A stretch of 64,000 nucleotides of DNA from Sphyrna mokarran. Its lineage: Eukaryota. The stretch covers positions 107,322,001 to 107,386,000 of the forward strand of contig JAGIQG010000009.1 of the NCBI GenBank assembly GCA_024679065.1, in the 5' to 3' direction. The notes under the pieces were generated by a model that was not told the DNA's origin, ran no database searches, and worked only from the letters and a program-made list of their open reading frames with translations. Shown here piece after piece: positions 51,601 to 63,936 of the stretch (position 1 is its first letter; each line of letters starts with the position of its first letter). Made by a program: the position numbers and the translations under genes.

Positions 51601-54600
51601 TCAGCTCTGAAAATGGAGACACGATGCTGATTCCCGGTACAGAGGAAATGGACGCGCGAATCGCCAGGATTGCGCTGTCCTACATGAGGAAGAAAGTGCA
51701 CCAGGGGATATTGGCCATTGGGTACTAAGAGGGTAGTAGTTTGGTCCAGCAAGGGAGAGGGAAGCTCGCGGGGGAGGGGGAGTGTTGGGGGAGGGTGGAA
51801 GAGGTGTGGAATGGGGGTGGTGGGGGAAGTTGAACTTCAGAATGAGGCTCAGCAACGCCCTTTCTGCTTATCAATACACCATGACTGGCAAGGGCCACAT
51901 TTTTTGAGCTGTATCTTGACAAAGAAGGGATGTGTTAAAAGTATTAAAAAGGAAGTAAATAGGTTTGAACAGAAAGTGTGCACTGAAAGAAATTTATTAT
52001 AGCGAGCTACACCAATAAAATCTAAAGAGATTTTTCAGTTCTAATATTTGAAGAACTACAAATTAGGAACGGGAGTAGATGTTTAGCCCCTCCAGCCTCT
52101 TTCGTCGTTCAATAAAATCAGATCTGATCTCACAGTGGCATCAACTCATATTCCAACTGTCCTCTGCAATCTTTGATCCCATATTAGTAAACAAAAAAAT
52201 TAACATACCTCTTTCTCCAAAATGTCCATTGACTCTGTCTCTCCCGCTGAGAGACGTTTGGGGCCCTCTCTCCATCGAAGGAAAGGTTTCAACATACACT
52301 CTTCCAATATAAATATATCAAAAATAATAGAAACACAATAATCCAAAATAGCATAACTAGAAACAGAAGGTATATTAACCTTTAAACACACTAAAATGTC
52401 CATCTACATCTGAACGAGCATGATGACCACAAGCCTACCATTTTCATTCCATCATGCGATGCGGATGTCCCTGACTGGGCTAACATTTATTACCCATCTC
52501 TACTGGCTTGCCAGGCCATTTAAGAGTCGGCTACGTTGGTATAGGTTCATCTGCAGGCCTGGCAGAGTAATGGGCACTAATGAATCAGATAACTTTTTAA
52601 TGGCAATCCATTCATGGTCATCATTAGACTATGAACTCCAATTTTTTTATTGCATTCAAATTTCACCAGTTGCAGCAATAGGATTCGAACTACGGTCCTC
52701 AGAGTATTACACAGCATTTCTACATTGCTTACACAGTGAAAATACCACTACGCCACTGTCTCTCCTCATTGTGCATGAGCTACTTCATATCTTCATGAGA
52801 TATGAATAGGAGTAGAATTGGGACATTCAGACCATTGAGTCTGCTCTGCCATTCGATCATGCTGATATGCTGTTCATCCCCATTTTGCTGTCTTCTCCCC
52901 ACAATCCTTCAACCCAATACCAATTAAAAATCTGTCTAACTCTCCCTTAAATTTACTCACTGTTCCAGCATCCACCGCACTTTGGGGTAACGAGTTCCAC
53001 AGATTCACAACCCTTTGGGAGAAGTCATTTCTCCTTAACTGTTTTAAATTTGCTACCACTGATCCTAGGACCTCTCATCTTAGAATGCTCCGCAAGAGGA
53101 AGCATCTGCTCCAAATATACTTTATCCAGACTTTTTATCATCTTGCAAATCGAATTTGATCTCCCCTCATTGTTCTGAATTCCAGAGATTGTAGCCCGAA
53201 ATTGTTCAATCTTTCTTTGTTTACGTAAATTCGTTCATAGAATTGTCCAATGATTACAACACACAAGATGGATATTGTTCCCGCCTTGTAAATGCCAGCT
53301 TTTTGCAAGACCAACTCAATTAGTCCCACTTACTCATCTTTTTCCCGGAGTGCTGCCATATATATTTCTCTTCAAATAAATGCCAAATTTCCTTTTGTAA
53401 GTCACGATTCTATTTGTCTTCACGATACTCTCCAATCCACATCCTAACATTGCTGTTCGCAAACGTTTTACCTTGTGTTGTCATTGGGTCGTTTGCCAGT
53501 CACTTTATATCGGTGTCCTCTCATTGTCGGAAATTGGGAAGTTCGTTAGGGAATGAAGCATAACAGCGCTCTGAAAACGATACTACAAGGTTGCACTATG
53601 AGCGAGACATGATGTAATACAGGTATGATTTAATTGCTGAGGCACTGATCACAATCTCGGGAACAAACCTCCGCCTAGACATCAATATTTGCATTATCAG
53701 CAAAAGTTCCACTTAACATCTAGCTTGTTCCCATAGCAACTGTAGAAATCTCGAGGCAAATAAAGTTATTTTTTCTCACCCAACCCATGCCAATGACAAC
53801 TCCTCGTTATGTCTTTCCATTTTAATCTTCATCATGTGTAATTTTTAATAGTGTGTTTCTTCATATTAATTAGTTCCACGCTTATCTGTTGGTTCAAGAC
53901 ACATTGCCAAAAATAAATCCGATAATCTGAGGGTTAATAAAAACAGAATTAACTTTTCAACTCTATAAACTGGGAAATGTATCAGAACCTAAGGGACGCA
54001 TTAGCAAAGTATTGTATTGAGAGAGATGAATTCCTCAGATCAGGGAGTTTCGTGGATGTAAATGAAATATAACAGAGTGAATTCTTTCAGTATTTCAATA
54101 TTTAATATCAATAATTTCCAACATATACTCTTGAATGAACATCCTAAAAGCATTGGGATGCATCAATATTTAACATTAAAAGCGTCCTGTTATATGGAAG
54201 GATATAACAGCAGTGCTTATCCCTGAAGATGATTAATTGATTGTGCATAAGTTTGCAATAACGTAAAGAAATCTAATATGACCTCGTACAACTGTACGTT
54301 GCTTCGATTTGCCTCGTCTCATTAAGCACGTAACATATTTCTGCTAAATGCTCTTTTCGTAAAGAAATATTTATCCCCTGTTTTTAGGACCCCATAGTAA
54401 TATCTACGCCAATAAATGTAGGCCAGTTTAAATTTCACATCGTATGTAAGTCATTTCAGTCTTCACATATTAGTCCATGAATCCAGAAGCAACTTTTCAT
54501 TAGTTTTAGCATTCTTATTCAACTCCATGTTCATCACGTTACTCGGTACTCCATGTATAAATCAATGCACAATGACAAGGGAGGAAAATGGACACCCCAG

Positions 54601-54879
54601 AATCAAATATATATTTGATAATTTTAGCCCAATGTCATTTTAAAGGCAAATCGTGCATCATATTTTCTCGTTCGCTCTTGATTGCCATTATTCCACTCAG
54701 AATGCCAGTTTATTTTATTTTCAATGTTTATGAAGGAAATAAAGTTTATGCAAAATGCAATGTGTTTCCTCGTCGATTTTCAATCCTTTGCATCCTCTTT
54801 CACAAATTATTAAAGTATGCAATTACTTGCAGCTTATATATTTTGAAGAAAATTATCTGTTTTCCTGTTTCATTTATTA

Positions 54880-55176
54880 GGGACGGCATGGTGACATAGT
54901 GGTACAGTGGTTAGCACTACTATCTTGCAGTGCCAGGGACCCGGATTCGATTCCCACGTTGCGTAGTTTTCTCATTCACATTCTACCCATGTCTGCATGT
55001 GTTTTCTCCCATAGTCCAAGGCGGGTTAGATGCATTGACCATGCTAAATTGCTCCAAAGTATCAGGGGGACTAGTTAGGGTAAAAATATGGGATTATGGG
55101 GATAAGGCCTGGGTTGTATTGTGGTTGGTGCAGACTTGATGGGATGAGTGGCCTCCATTGGCACTATAGAGATTCA
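54880..55176 (+). mobile_element. HE1/V-SINE-type SINE
   Basis: Same head, core and tail consensus. Confidence 0.85.
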
Positions 55177-55439
55177 ATCCTGCTATAATTAACTTAGATT
55201 AGAGTGAGAAAAATACCAACACAAGTTCTTGGAAGTGATGAACAAAACACATTTTTCACTTTCAACAACGAAACAAATTATGGAGTGTCCGACGATGGGT
55301 TCCATCACGTTAACAACAAAAACAAATCGACACAGGTTCACCCACCTTTAGAAACTTTTTTAAAAGTTAATGTTCATGAAGAAAGTGTTAACGTTGACCA
55401 GAAAGTTATGGAGAAAATCTAAAGTTTCAGTCAATGCAA

Positions 55440-57035
55440 AGAAACGTTAGGATGTTTAGAAAATGGCAAAAACACAAACCTCGAGGCATTGCATTTTAAT
55501 GCACGATGCATTCGGAGTAAGGTAGACAAACTTATGGTGCCAATCAATGTAAATAGAAACGATCTCACAGCCATTGTGGGGGTGTGGTTAAAAGGGGATC
55601 AAAACTTGAAATTAATATCCAGGGATATTTTATTGTTCAGAAAATCACAAATAACGGGAAAGGTGGTGGGGTAGCATTGTCAATTTGATAATAAGAGTTT
55701 CTTGAAGAGCCCTTGATGCGGGAGGTAATACATTGGCATGGTTTAAGAATTAACCAATGGTTAGGAGCAGCATGTGGGGATGAGGTGTTTTGTTCCAGGC
55801 TGGCGATCTGAAACTAATGGAATTCCACAGGGCTTAATATTGGGTCTGGAACTATTTACAATATATATTAATGATTGAGAGAAAGGAAGAGAATGTAGCG
55901 TAGACACAAAAATAGATGGAAAGGCAAATTGCAAGATATAAACTGTTGCGTAGAGCTATTCCTAGATAAAATCAGTAAGGGAAAAGTAATCAATGGAGAA
56001 AATGTGAATTGCTGGTTTTGGAAGGGAGAACAAAAGAACAGACTGTTATCTAGATGGAGAGAAACGACAAAACCTGCAACACAAAGGGACTTGGGGATAC
56101 TTGTGTTGAAATTCAGAAAGCGGGGCGGCACGGTAGTGCAGTAGTTAGCACTGCTGCGTCACAGCGCCAGGGACTCGGATTCAGTTCCTAGCTTGGGTCA
56201 GTGTCTGTATGGAGTTTGTATGTTTTCTCGTGTCTGCATGGGTTTCTTCCCGATGCTCCGGTTTCATCCCACCTTTTGAAAGACATTGCTGGTTAGGTGC
56301 ATAGTCACAAATAGGCGCCGGAGTGTGGCAACTATAGGAATTTCACAGTAACTTCATTGCAATGTAAACCTACTTGTGACTAATAAATAATAAATAAGTA
56401 AGCTAGCACACAGATGCGGCAGATAATCAGGAAAGCTAATGGAATATTGGCCGTTTTTTCAAAGGGGTTGGAATATAAGAGTGGGGAATCTGCTGCAACT
56501 GGTATAAGGTACTGGTGAGACCATGCCTAGGGTACTGTGAACAGCAGTTCACAGGTCTCCTTATTTATGAAAATATATTAGTTGTTTAGGAGACAATTCA
56601 GAGAAAGTTCACTAGGATGATTCCTGACATGGAGAGATGGTCTTATGAGACAAAATTAGGGTATAGTGTATTGGAATTTAGAAGAACGAGAGGTGATCTC
56701 ACGGAACATTTTGGAATCTTAAGGGGCTTGACAGAGTAAATGCTCGGAGAATGAGATAGTCCAAACGAAAGGAGGCGTCAATTTCAGACTGAATTGAGAA
56801 GGCACTTCTTCTCTTCAGGATTGTAAGACTTTGCAAACCCTTGCCACAGAGAACTGAGGGAGTAGATATATGTTTAAATATATGTTTAAATCTGAGATAG
56901 ATCGATAGGCAGCAAGGGAATCAGGCGTTACAGAGAAAAGGCAGGAGAATGGACATGAGAAATGTCTGATCAGCCATGATCGTACTGAGTGGCGGAGCAT
57001 GTTCGAGAGGACAAAATAGCCCACTCCTGTTCTTA
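55440..57035 (+). mobile_element. Decayed CR1-type LINE interrupted by a SINE
   Basis: Endonuclease-like FNARCIRSK, RT-like GIPQG..LG, QRDLG; SINE at 56121-56397 flanked by aagc. Confidence 0.8.
56121..56397 (+). mobile_element. SINE (alternative tail, (TAAA)n end)
   Basis: ggggcggcacggtagtgcagtagttagcactgctgc...cctacttgtgactaataaataataaataa. Confidence 0.85.
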
Positions 57036-58325
57036 TTTCTTATCCTCTTTGAGTTTACAAATGTAGTGTGAAAATTCCCCACCGTTCTCACCATCTTCCC
57101 TCCCTCCTTTTACCCGCCCCTTACCCCCTCGCCACCATCCCCCCCGCTCCCCCCCTCCACCCACCATCCCACTAGTGGAGGAGAGGCCAATTTTTCTCTG
57201 CCTGGTTTCCATTAATCCTCTGTTGCACATTACAAAAGCTCGAGACAGTAATTGCTATTGATATTCTACAAACCGAAACGGGAATGCACACCAGAGGGTC
57301 TCTTTCCCACAACCCTCACGTCTTAAGGCTGTCCCCAGATCCCCCGACAATTCCACACCACAGTGTACTGCTGTTTTATAATGTAACTTCCAATTGGTGT
57401 TCCTTTATGTTAAACTATCGATAACAATGTTTCTCCCACATTAATCGCAATAGGCCTTTTTAATATTGGCCGCTAGTTGAGATGTCCTTACACTGACACA
57501 GTCATGCTACAATATCTCCTTTCTCTGCTTTCCAAACACGCCAGGTAATGCTTTCATCTTGGCAATTCTCAAATATACCACAAAACATATAACTGAAAAT
57601 CTTTATATATATAGCAATGTTAGTTGCTTTTTTTCTATGGAGGAACATTTTTTCAGCGTACTCTTTTTCAGAAGAACAAACCGAATGATCAACAATCTTC
57701 AACAGTACAGCCAAACACTGCATGGAAGAATGCGATCATAGATCGGTCTGTGTATTTAACTAATGCGCCTGTATGTGAAATGAAAGTGCGCTTTGCTGCA
57801 AAAAGTTGGGGAAATTGGGGATTTATAATTTACAATTAAATTGTTCGTGTCAGTTATCATTCAAATCAAGGTAGACCAATAAGATTCATTGCACAAGCGG
57901 TTGGGACATTCGTGTGGTGTGCAACAGCAGAAAAAGCCAATAATGATTAACACTAACTTCTTTAATCAGTATCGTAATCAATGCAGAAATTACATTAAGA
58001 CATTTCTTACCTCACCATTCAATATGATTCCATCTGTGATCAGAAGTGGAAAACGAAAAGAAAGGCTTGCCTTTACGCCCATTTCTCCCGAACTCCCAAA
58101 TGCTCTTTGCATTTAACGAGGCGTTGTTACCCTTTCGGAAACGCCCACCGCCAAGTTGGACACAGGGCCATTCGGCAAACAGTAGCGTGATCAGAAGTAC
58201 AGTATCGCGAGATAACTATTGGTTGGGCACCAAAGACTACTCTGTTCTCCTTTAATATAATGGCTTGGGGATCTTCCATCGCAATTGAGGCGGACAGGGC
58301 GCGAATATGTACCTCTGATAAGGCA

Positions 58326-59178
58326 TTAGAACATAGAATATAGAACATTACAGCGCAGTACAAGTCCTTCCGCCCTCGATGTTGCGCCGACCATTGGAAC
58401 CAATCTAATGACTCTCTAACCTAAACTATTCCGATGTTATCCATATGCCTGTCCACTGACCATTTGAACGCCCTTAAACTCGGCGAGTCCACAACTGCTG
58501 CAGGTAGGGCATTCCACGCCCTTACTACCCTATGAGTAAAGAACCTACCTCTGTCATCCGTCCTATAACTACCACCCATTAATTTGAAGCTGTGTCCCCT
58601 CGTGTTAGCCATCTCCATCCGAGGAAAAAGGCTCTCACTGCCCGCCTTATCTAACCCCCTGATCATTAGGTCATCTCTTAACCTTCTTATCTCTAATGAA
58701 AGTAACCTCAAGTCCCTCATTAGACCTTCCCACCATAGCAGGCAATATCCTGGTAAACTTCTCTGCACCCTTTCCAATGCCTCCACATCTTTCTTATAAT
58801 GCAGCGACCAAACCTGTATGCAATACTCCAAGTGCGGCACACCAGGGATTTGTACAGTTGCATCTCATAGCTCCGAAATTCAATCCCTCTACTAATAAAG
58901 GCCTTACGCCTTCTTAACAACCTCATCAACCTGGGTGCCAACTTTCAGGGAGCTATGCACATGTACACCGAGATCTCTCTGCTCGTCGACACTATCAAGA
59001 GTCCTACCATTAGCCCTATATTCTGTACTACTTACTCTTACCAAAGTGAATCACCTTACACTTTTTCGTATTAAACTTCATTTACCACCTCTCGGTCCAG
59101 GTCTACAGCTTATCTATGTCCCTCTGAAAACTGTAACATCCATCCTCACTGTCTACAACTCCTCCGACTTTGGTGTGG
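58326..59178 (-). mobile_element. CR1-type LINE 3' fragment (HER1-like)
   Basis: ORF 58421-58840 PHLEYCIQVWS...ANTRGHSFKL; short tandem-repeat tail. Confidence 0.9.
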
Positions 59179-59504
59179 TATTGTCAATAGAAATCTTTGT
59201 GCTTAATTCTGCTGAAGGGGGACCTGAACTCACGATCTCTCATTGAAGGAACGATGTCCTGTGCTATGTGGGAAGGGGGTGCAAAATTGAACATGTATTG
59301 GGTTGCTTGCGAAATGTTAACGCAAGGCACGTGATGGCAGTTCATAACTCTAAACATTACCTGAGTAATATAAGTGCCTGGATTGTAGACACGCAATGAA
59401 CTGAATGGAAACTCTTCGTCACATTTGTAACCAGGCACCTTTTCCCTCCCTTCTCGTCATCTTCAACAACATCGTCATGGAAAAACCTTAGTGTGTGGAG
59501 GGGG

Positions 59505-59533
59505 CGGGGGGGGGGGGGGGGGGGGGGGGGGGA
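59505..59533. repeat. Poly-G tract within a G-rich segment upstream of gene C
   Basis: About 28 consecutive G. Confidence 0.9.
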
Positions 59534-59871
59534 GAGGTGGCGGGGAAGATTGGAGGGGGAGCGTGGTTGGGAGTTCTCTGCAGACTAGACATAAAACCAC
59601 GCATTTGAAAATATACAAATTACGAATTTATCACTCTGGGTTTCCTGTGTAACTTATTGCTCAAGCAACACCAACAGTGCATTGTCTACCATTCCAAGAT
59701 CCTTTTAATAACACTACTTCAAAAGCGAAGAGAGCTCCATTCTGAGCAACAATCTTTTGTGTCGTCGTGGTGCTAACCACAACTAAATCCATTCGCGGCT
59801 TTAAGTGGGTTCCTGTTATATTATCTGCTCACTTTTCAGCACCTCGAGGCTTCTTCACACACTCACAGAAG

Positions 59872-59929
59872 ATGCCATTAAGTCAACAGCTCACTCTCCT
59901 GCATTTCGTTATCTTTGCAACGCACACCG
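59872..59929 (+). CDS. Gene C leader exon
   Basis: gaagATG...ACC G|gtgagt, 58 nt, phase 1; RUNX-type AACCACA about 95 nt upstream. Confidence 0.82.
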
Positions 59930-62900
59930 GTGAGTTAATTCTATTTTTTTCTGCTTGTGGATGACATCTTTGCACTACAGTAACGTGCTAATTTTAATTG
60001 CAAATTTCGCAGAAGCTGATTTCGGAAAATATTCCCACTTTCCCGTCATCCTTACAGTTTACAGAAGGTTGTTGTACTCATAACGAAATAGCATTCCCAT
60101 TGTATTTAGCAATTAGAAAACGCTCTTCTCGGCAGGATTGCGATTGTTTTCCGGAGTCGAGAACACAGGGATAAAACTTTCCAAAGGTTCCCTCGCTACT
60201 TGGCACTAATTCTGAAGGCTGTTTCTGTTGATCGAGTTTCCGCCGAAATTGCGACGGAAGATGGACAGAACCCGCTAGAGAAATTTCGGGGTATAGTTTT
60301 TATTAACAGCAAGTTGGCTGAGGGACATTGTTGACAATGATTGACAATGAGGTCAGTGCAAAATAGACCATTTGGAAGCATGTTTATATATTTCGACGTG
60401 GGATGGAGAGCTCTACAAATTCACTGCTCTTTATTCATCATTACAAGTATGGTTATCATTTTTAATCGTTATTTTATTTCATTCCTGGGATGTATCCGCC
60501 ATTGCCTTTTGAAGTTTGTGCTCATTCTCAGCCCAAGCTTCTGTGTCAGCCAGGTCTTGCAATTTTGGGATTACCCATATGGAGCGAGGCGGACCAGCAT
60601 AACGAAATATTTGCTTGCAATCACGACGCACGCTCGCACAACCAAACATTAAACTGACAACATAACCCAACAATAACTTGCCCGCACAACCAAACATTAT
60701 CCTGATAATAAAATCCATCATTAACCTGGTAACACAACCCAACATTAACCTGATAACACAACCCAACATCAACATGTCCGCACAACCTGACATTAACCTA
60801 ACAACACAATCCAACATTAATCAAACAACAGCAGCCAAACATTAGTCTGACAACGCCATCTGATATTAGCCTGATAGCACAGACATTGATCTGACAACAT
60901 AACTAAACATTGGCCTGACAGCACAACCAAACATTAATCGGACAACACAACCGAGCATTAGCCTGACAACACAATCAAATATTAACTGGGCAACACAACC
61001 CAACAATAACCGATCAATATAATCCAGTATTAACCGAACGTTACCGGAACAACACAACCCAACATTAATCGAACAATTCAACCAAACATCAACCTAACGA
61101 TACAACCCCGCATTAATCGAACAACATAACTCGACATTAACCGAACAAGTCAACGTTAATTTAATAATCGATCCAAAGAATAATCTGCTCACATAACCCA
61201 ACAATAATCTGACATCCTGTTTAAGATTCTGACTGGTTTGCTAGATATTTCAAATGCTTTCTACTTGTATACTTATATACGTTTCAGCTATCCATCGTTC
61301 TTTTAATTTTCTTTCCACCTCTATAATATAAATTGATAATTAGACTTAGAATCACAAGTTGTGGATAGCATCTAGGATTTGGGAATTATTTCGCTTACAG
61401 TTGAATGTTTTTTTCCAACAGATGGGAGGATGGATTTCACAGTTTACCAGTTCCCTCTCTTTATAACGGCAGCAGAGGGGGAGTCGGTGACACTGAATTG
61501 TGCGATGAAATTTGAAGCAAACCCAATCTTAATCGGAGCAACTTATTGGACACGGGGTGAACAAGATGGCTACAGACTGGACAAGAGCCCATTTTATAAA
61601 GATCGACTGGAGAGTTCGGATAGCAAATCATTTGCCAACAATAGAATATATATTCGTATCTCTAGGTTGATTGAGAAGGATTCAGATACATATTACTGTC
61701 ATGTATCCTCCATTGGATCAGAAGTGAGAAGTGGATATGGTACCCATCTGGAAGTGAGGAGTAAGTAATAAGTAGCAACAAGAGTTCTTTAAAAGCGTCT
61801 CCAATTTTACACAGTGATTCGACTGCCCCGGCCCAGGAACAGCATTGTTTTAATTTGTAGACTGTGATAAATCAACTGACCTCATTGCAGTACAGAAACC
61901 TGGGCGCCATTGATACGCAGATCATTCCAAGTAAATCCGCTGATCATACTAAAATGCTGCACGTCGGAATATATCTGTAATTGTATCTGGGAACGAGACT
62001 GGAGCTGACGCCAACCATTATGTAGAGCACCTGCAGCCTACTATACAACACAATTGGGTATTCCGTTTTCTGGAAGCCAGTTGAAACTAAAATAGAGCGC
62101 AATGGAAAACGGGTTTCTGATGCAATAAAACCTATTTCCATACCCAATGCCGACCAGGCTGAGCTAGGATCCTTTGTTGCTTGGAAGCAAGGAGATCTAT
62201 TGGGCTCAATGTTGAGCATTGCCCTTTGGGAATTTTCAGTGACACCAAAACATCAGGAAGCAGAGGAGAAATACAGGGAGGGCTTGATCATAGAACGCCG
62301 ACAGTGTAGGAGGAGGCCAATTGGCCCACTAAGCCTGCACAGACAACAATCCGACCCAGTTCGTATCCCCATAACCCCACATATTTACTCTGCTAGTTCC
62401 CCAGACACTAAGGGGCAACTTAGCATGACCAATCCATCCAGTACATCTTTCCTCGGATTACCCGGAGGAATCCCACGCAGACACAAGAAGAACATGCCAT
62501 CTCCATAGAGTGACCCAAGTTGGGAATCGAACCCAGATCCCTGGTGCTGTGAGGCAGTAGCGCTAATCACTATGTCACCATGCCGCTCCAATGACGAGAG
62601 AGCAGGCAGAAATGTCTAGAGGTAGAAGGAGGCATTTAGACACGGCCCCTTACACTGAATTGCTACTAGGAGCGCACTACAGTCGCAAATCATCCAGATT
62701 CCATTTCTATTTTAGTCGTTATAGCACCAGCCCAGGACACATTATTTTATTTTATTTGATTTATTATTGTCACATGTATTGTGATACAATGAAAATATTT
62801 TTCTTGCGCACTATATAAACAAAATATACCGTTAATAGAGTATACAGTGGAGAAGAAAAAGAGAGAATGCAGAATATAGTGTTAGAGTCACAATGAGGGT

Positions 62901-63936
62901 GTAGAGAAAGATCATTTAATATGTGATGGAACCATTCACAAGTCTGATGACAACAGAGAAGAAGCTGTTCTTGAATCAGTTGGCACGTGTTCTCAGACTT
63001 TTGTCTTTTTCCATACGGAAGAAAGTTGAAGAAGTATGTCCAGTGTGTATGGAGACCTTGATTATGCTGGCTGCTGACCTGAGACAGCGGGAAGTGTAGA
63101 CGGAGTCAGTGGATAGGAGGTTGATTTGTGGATTACACTCGCGACCCTTTGTAGTTTCTTGCAGTCTTGGTCAGAGCAGGAGACATAAAGCACAAAAATC
63201 CAGGTTGGCTGTCCAGTGTCAAATGGAGGTAATGCTGCACTGTTGCAATGGAGGTGAGGACTATTATACTAACGTTGAACCTGGTGAATGTAAAAAATCC
63301 CATTGCAATTTCAAGACAGATACCCCCATGTCCTGGCCAAAAGCTGCTCCTCAATCACCATCTTAAAACAAAAATAAATTGCTGAGTTTTGCATTGTTAT
63401 TTTTGTAAGCTTCCTGTACGCAAATCACTTGCCTTTCCTAAATTGCAAAAGTGGCTGCTCTTCCAAAATCTTCACCCGGCTTTAAAGTGAATTGGGATGT
63501 ACTGAGGTCGTACAAGGCGCTGTAGAAAGCAAATTGTTATTTATGTGTATAAATTTACAATCGTGCCTTTCCAAAAATGCAAACAACATCAGATCAAAAT
63601 TTTAAAATTTAGTTTCATTTCTTTATTCCAGAGAAAAATAACAGGAATCCTTCCCCGATACTTGGACTGGGAGGTGCTTCAGTTTTGCTGAGTATAACCG
63701 TCATTTTTCTTATATGTGGACTCTGCTGGCAAAACAAAGGTGTGTGTTCCTGTCAAACCTACTTTAGTAGTATGTTTTCGCTATAGGGGCAGTTGCTCTA
63801 CTGCTATGAGATCTAACCAGGTAAATGCTTCCAACGAACTTGTCACTTTTTTTGTGTGATCGGAAACCCGATTAGTATGAGCAATTATTTTAAAACACGC
63901 CATTTCCTTCAGAATTATACAACTGTTCCAATTTAG
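59872..63936 (+). CDS. NCR3-like: Gene C (spliced model, 3' end unresolved): NKp30/NCR3-like VJ receptor with neutral TM. Exons 59872-59929, 61422-61760, 63632-63739, then uncertain tail
   Basis: Phase 1 junctions give MPLSQQLTLLHFVIFATHT-DGRMDFTVYQFP...YYCHVSSIGSEVRSGYGTHLEVR-KKNNRNPSPILGLGGASVLLSITVIFLICGLCWQNK. Confidence 0.8.
60630..61215. repeat. Degenerate ~24-bp minisatellite in gene C intron 1
   Basis: Unit ~acaacacaacccaacattaacctg repeated >20 times; explains the spurious (MLGCVVRL)n ORFs. Confidence 0.9.
61422..61760 (+). CDS. NCR3-like: Gene C VJ-type Ig V-set domain exon
   Basis: ttttttccaacag|...AGGA|gtaagt, 339 nt; canonical Cys/Trp/DxxxYYC and J-like GYGTHLEV. Confidence 0.93.
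62290..62586 (-). mobile_element. HE1/V-SINE-type SINE in the gene C V-TM intron
   Basis: Reverse-complement head, core and tail. Confidence 0.85.
63632..63739 (+). CDS. Gene C neutral TM exon
   Basis: tttctttattccag|...AAAG|gtgtgt, 108 nt, phase 1-1; ILGLGGASVLLSITVIFLICGLCW, no charged residue. Confidence 0.82.

Noticed and set aside
60479-61081. Repetitive ORFs (MLGCVVRL)n
   Set aside because: Translation of the 24-bp intronic minisatellite; not CRISPR-like either, as there are no unique spacers.
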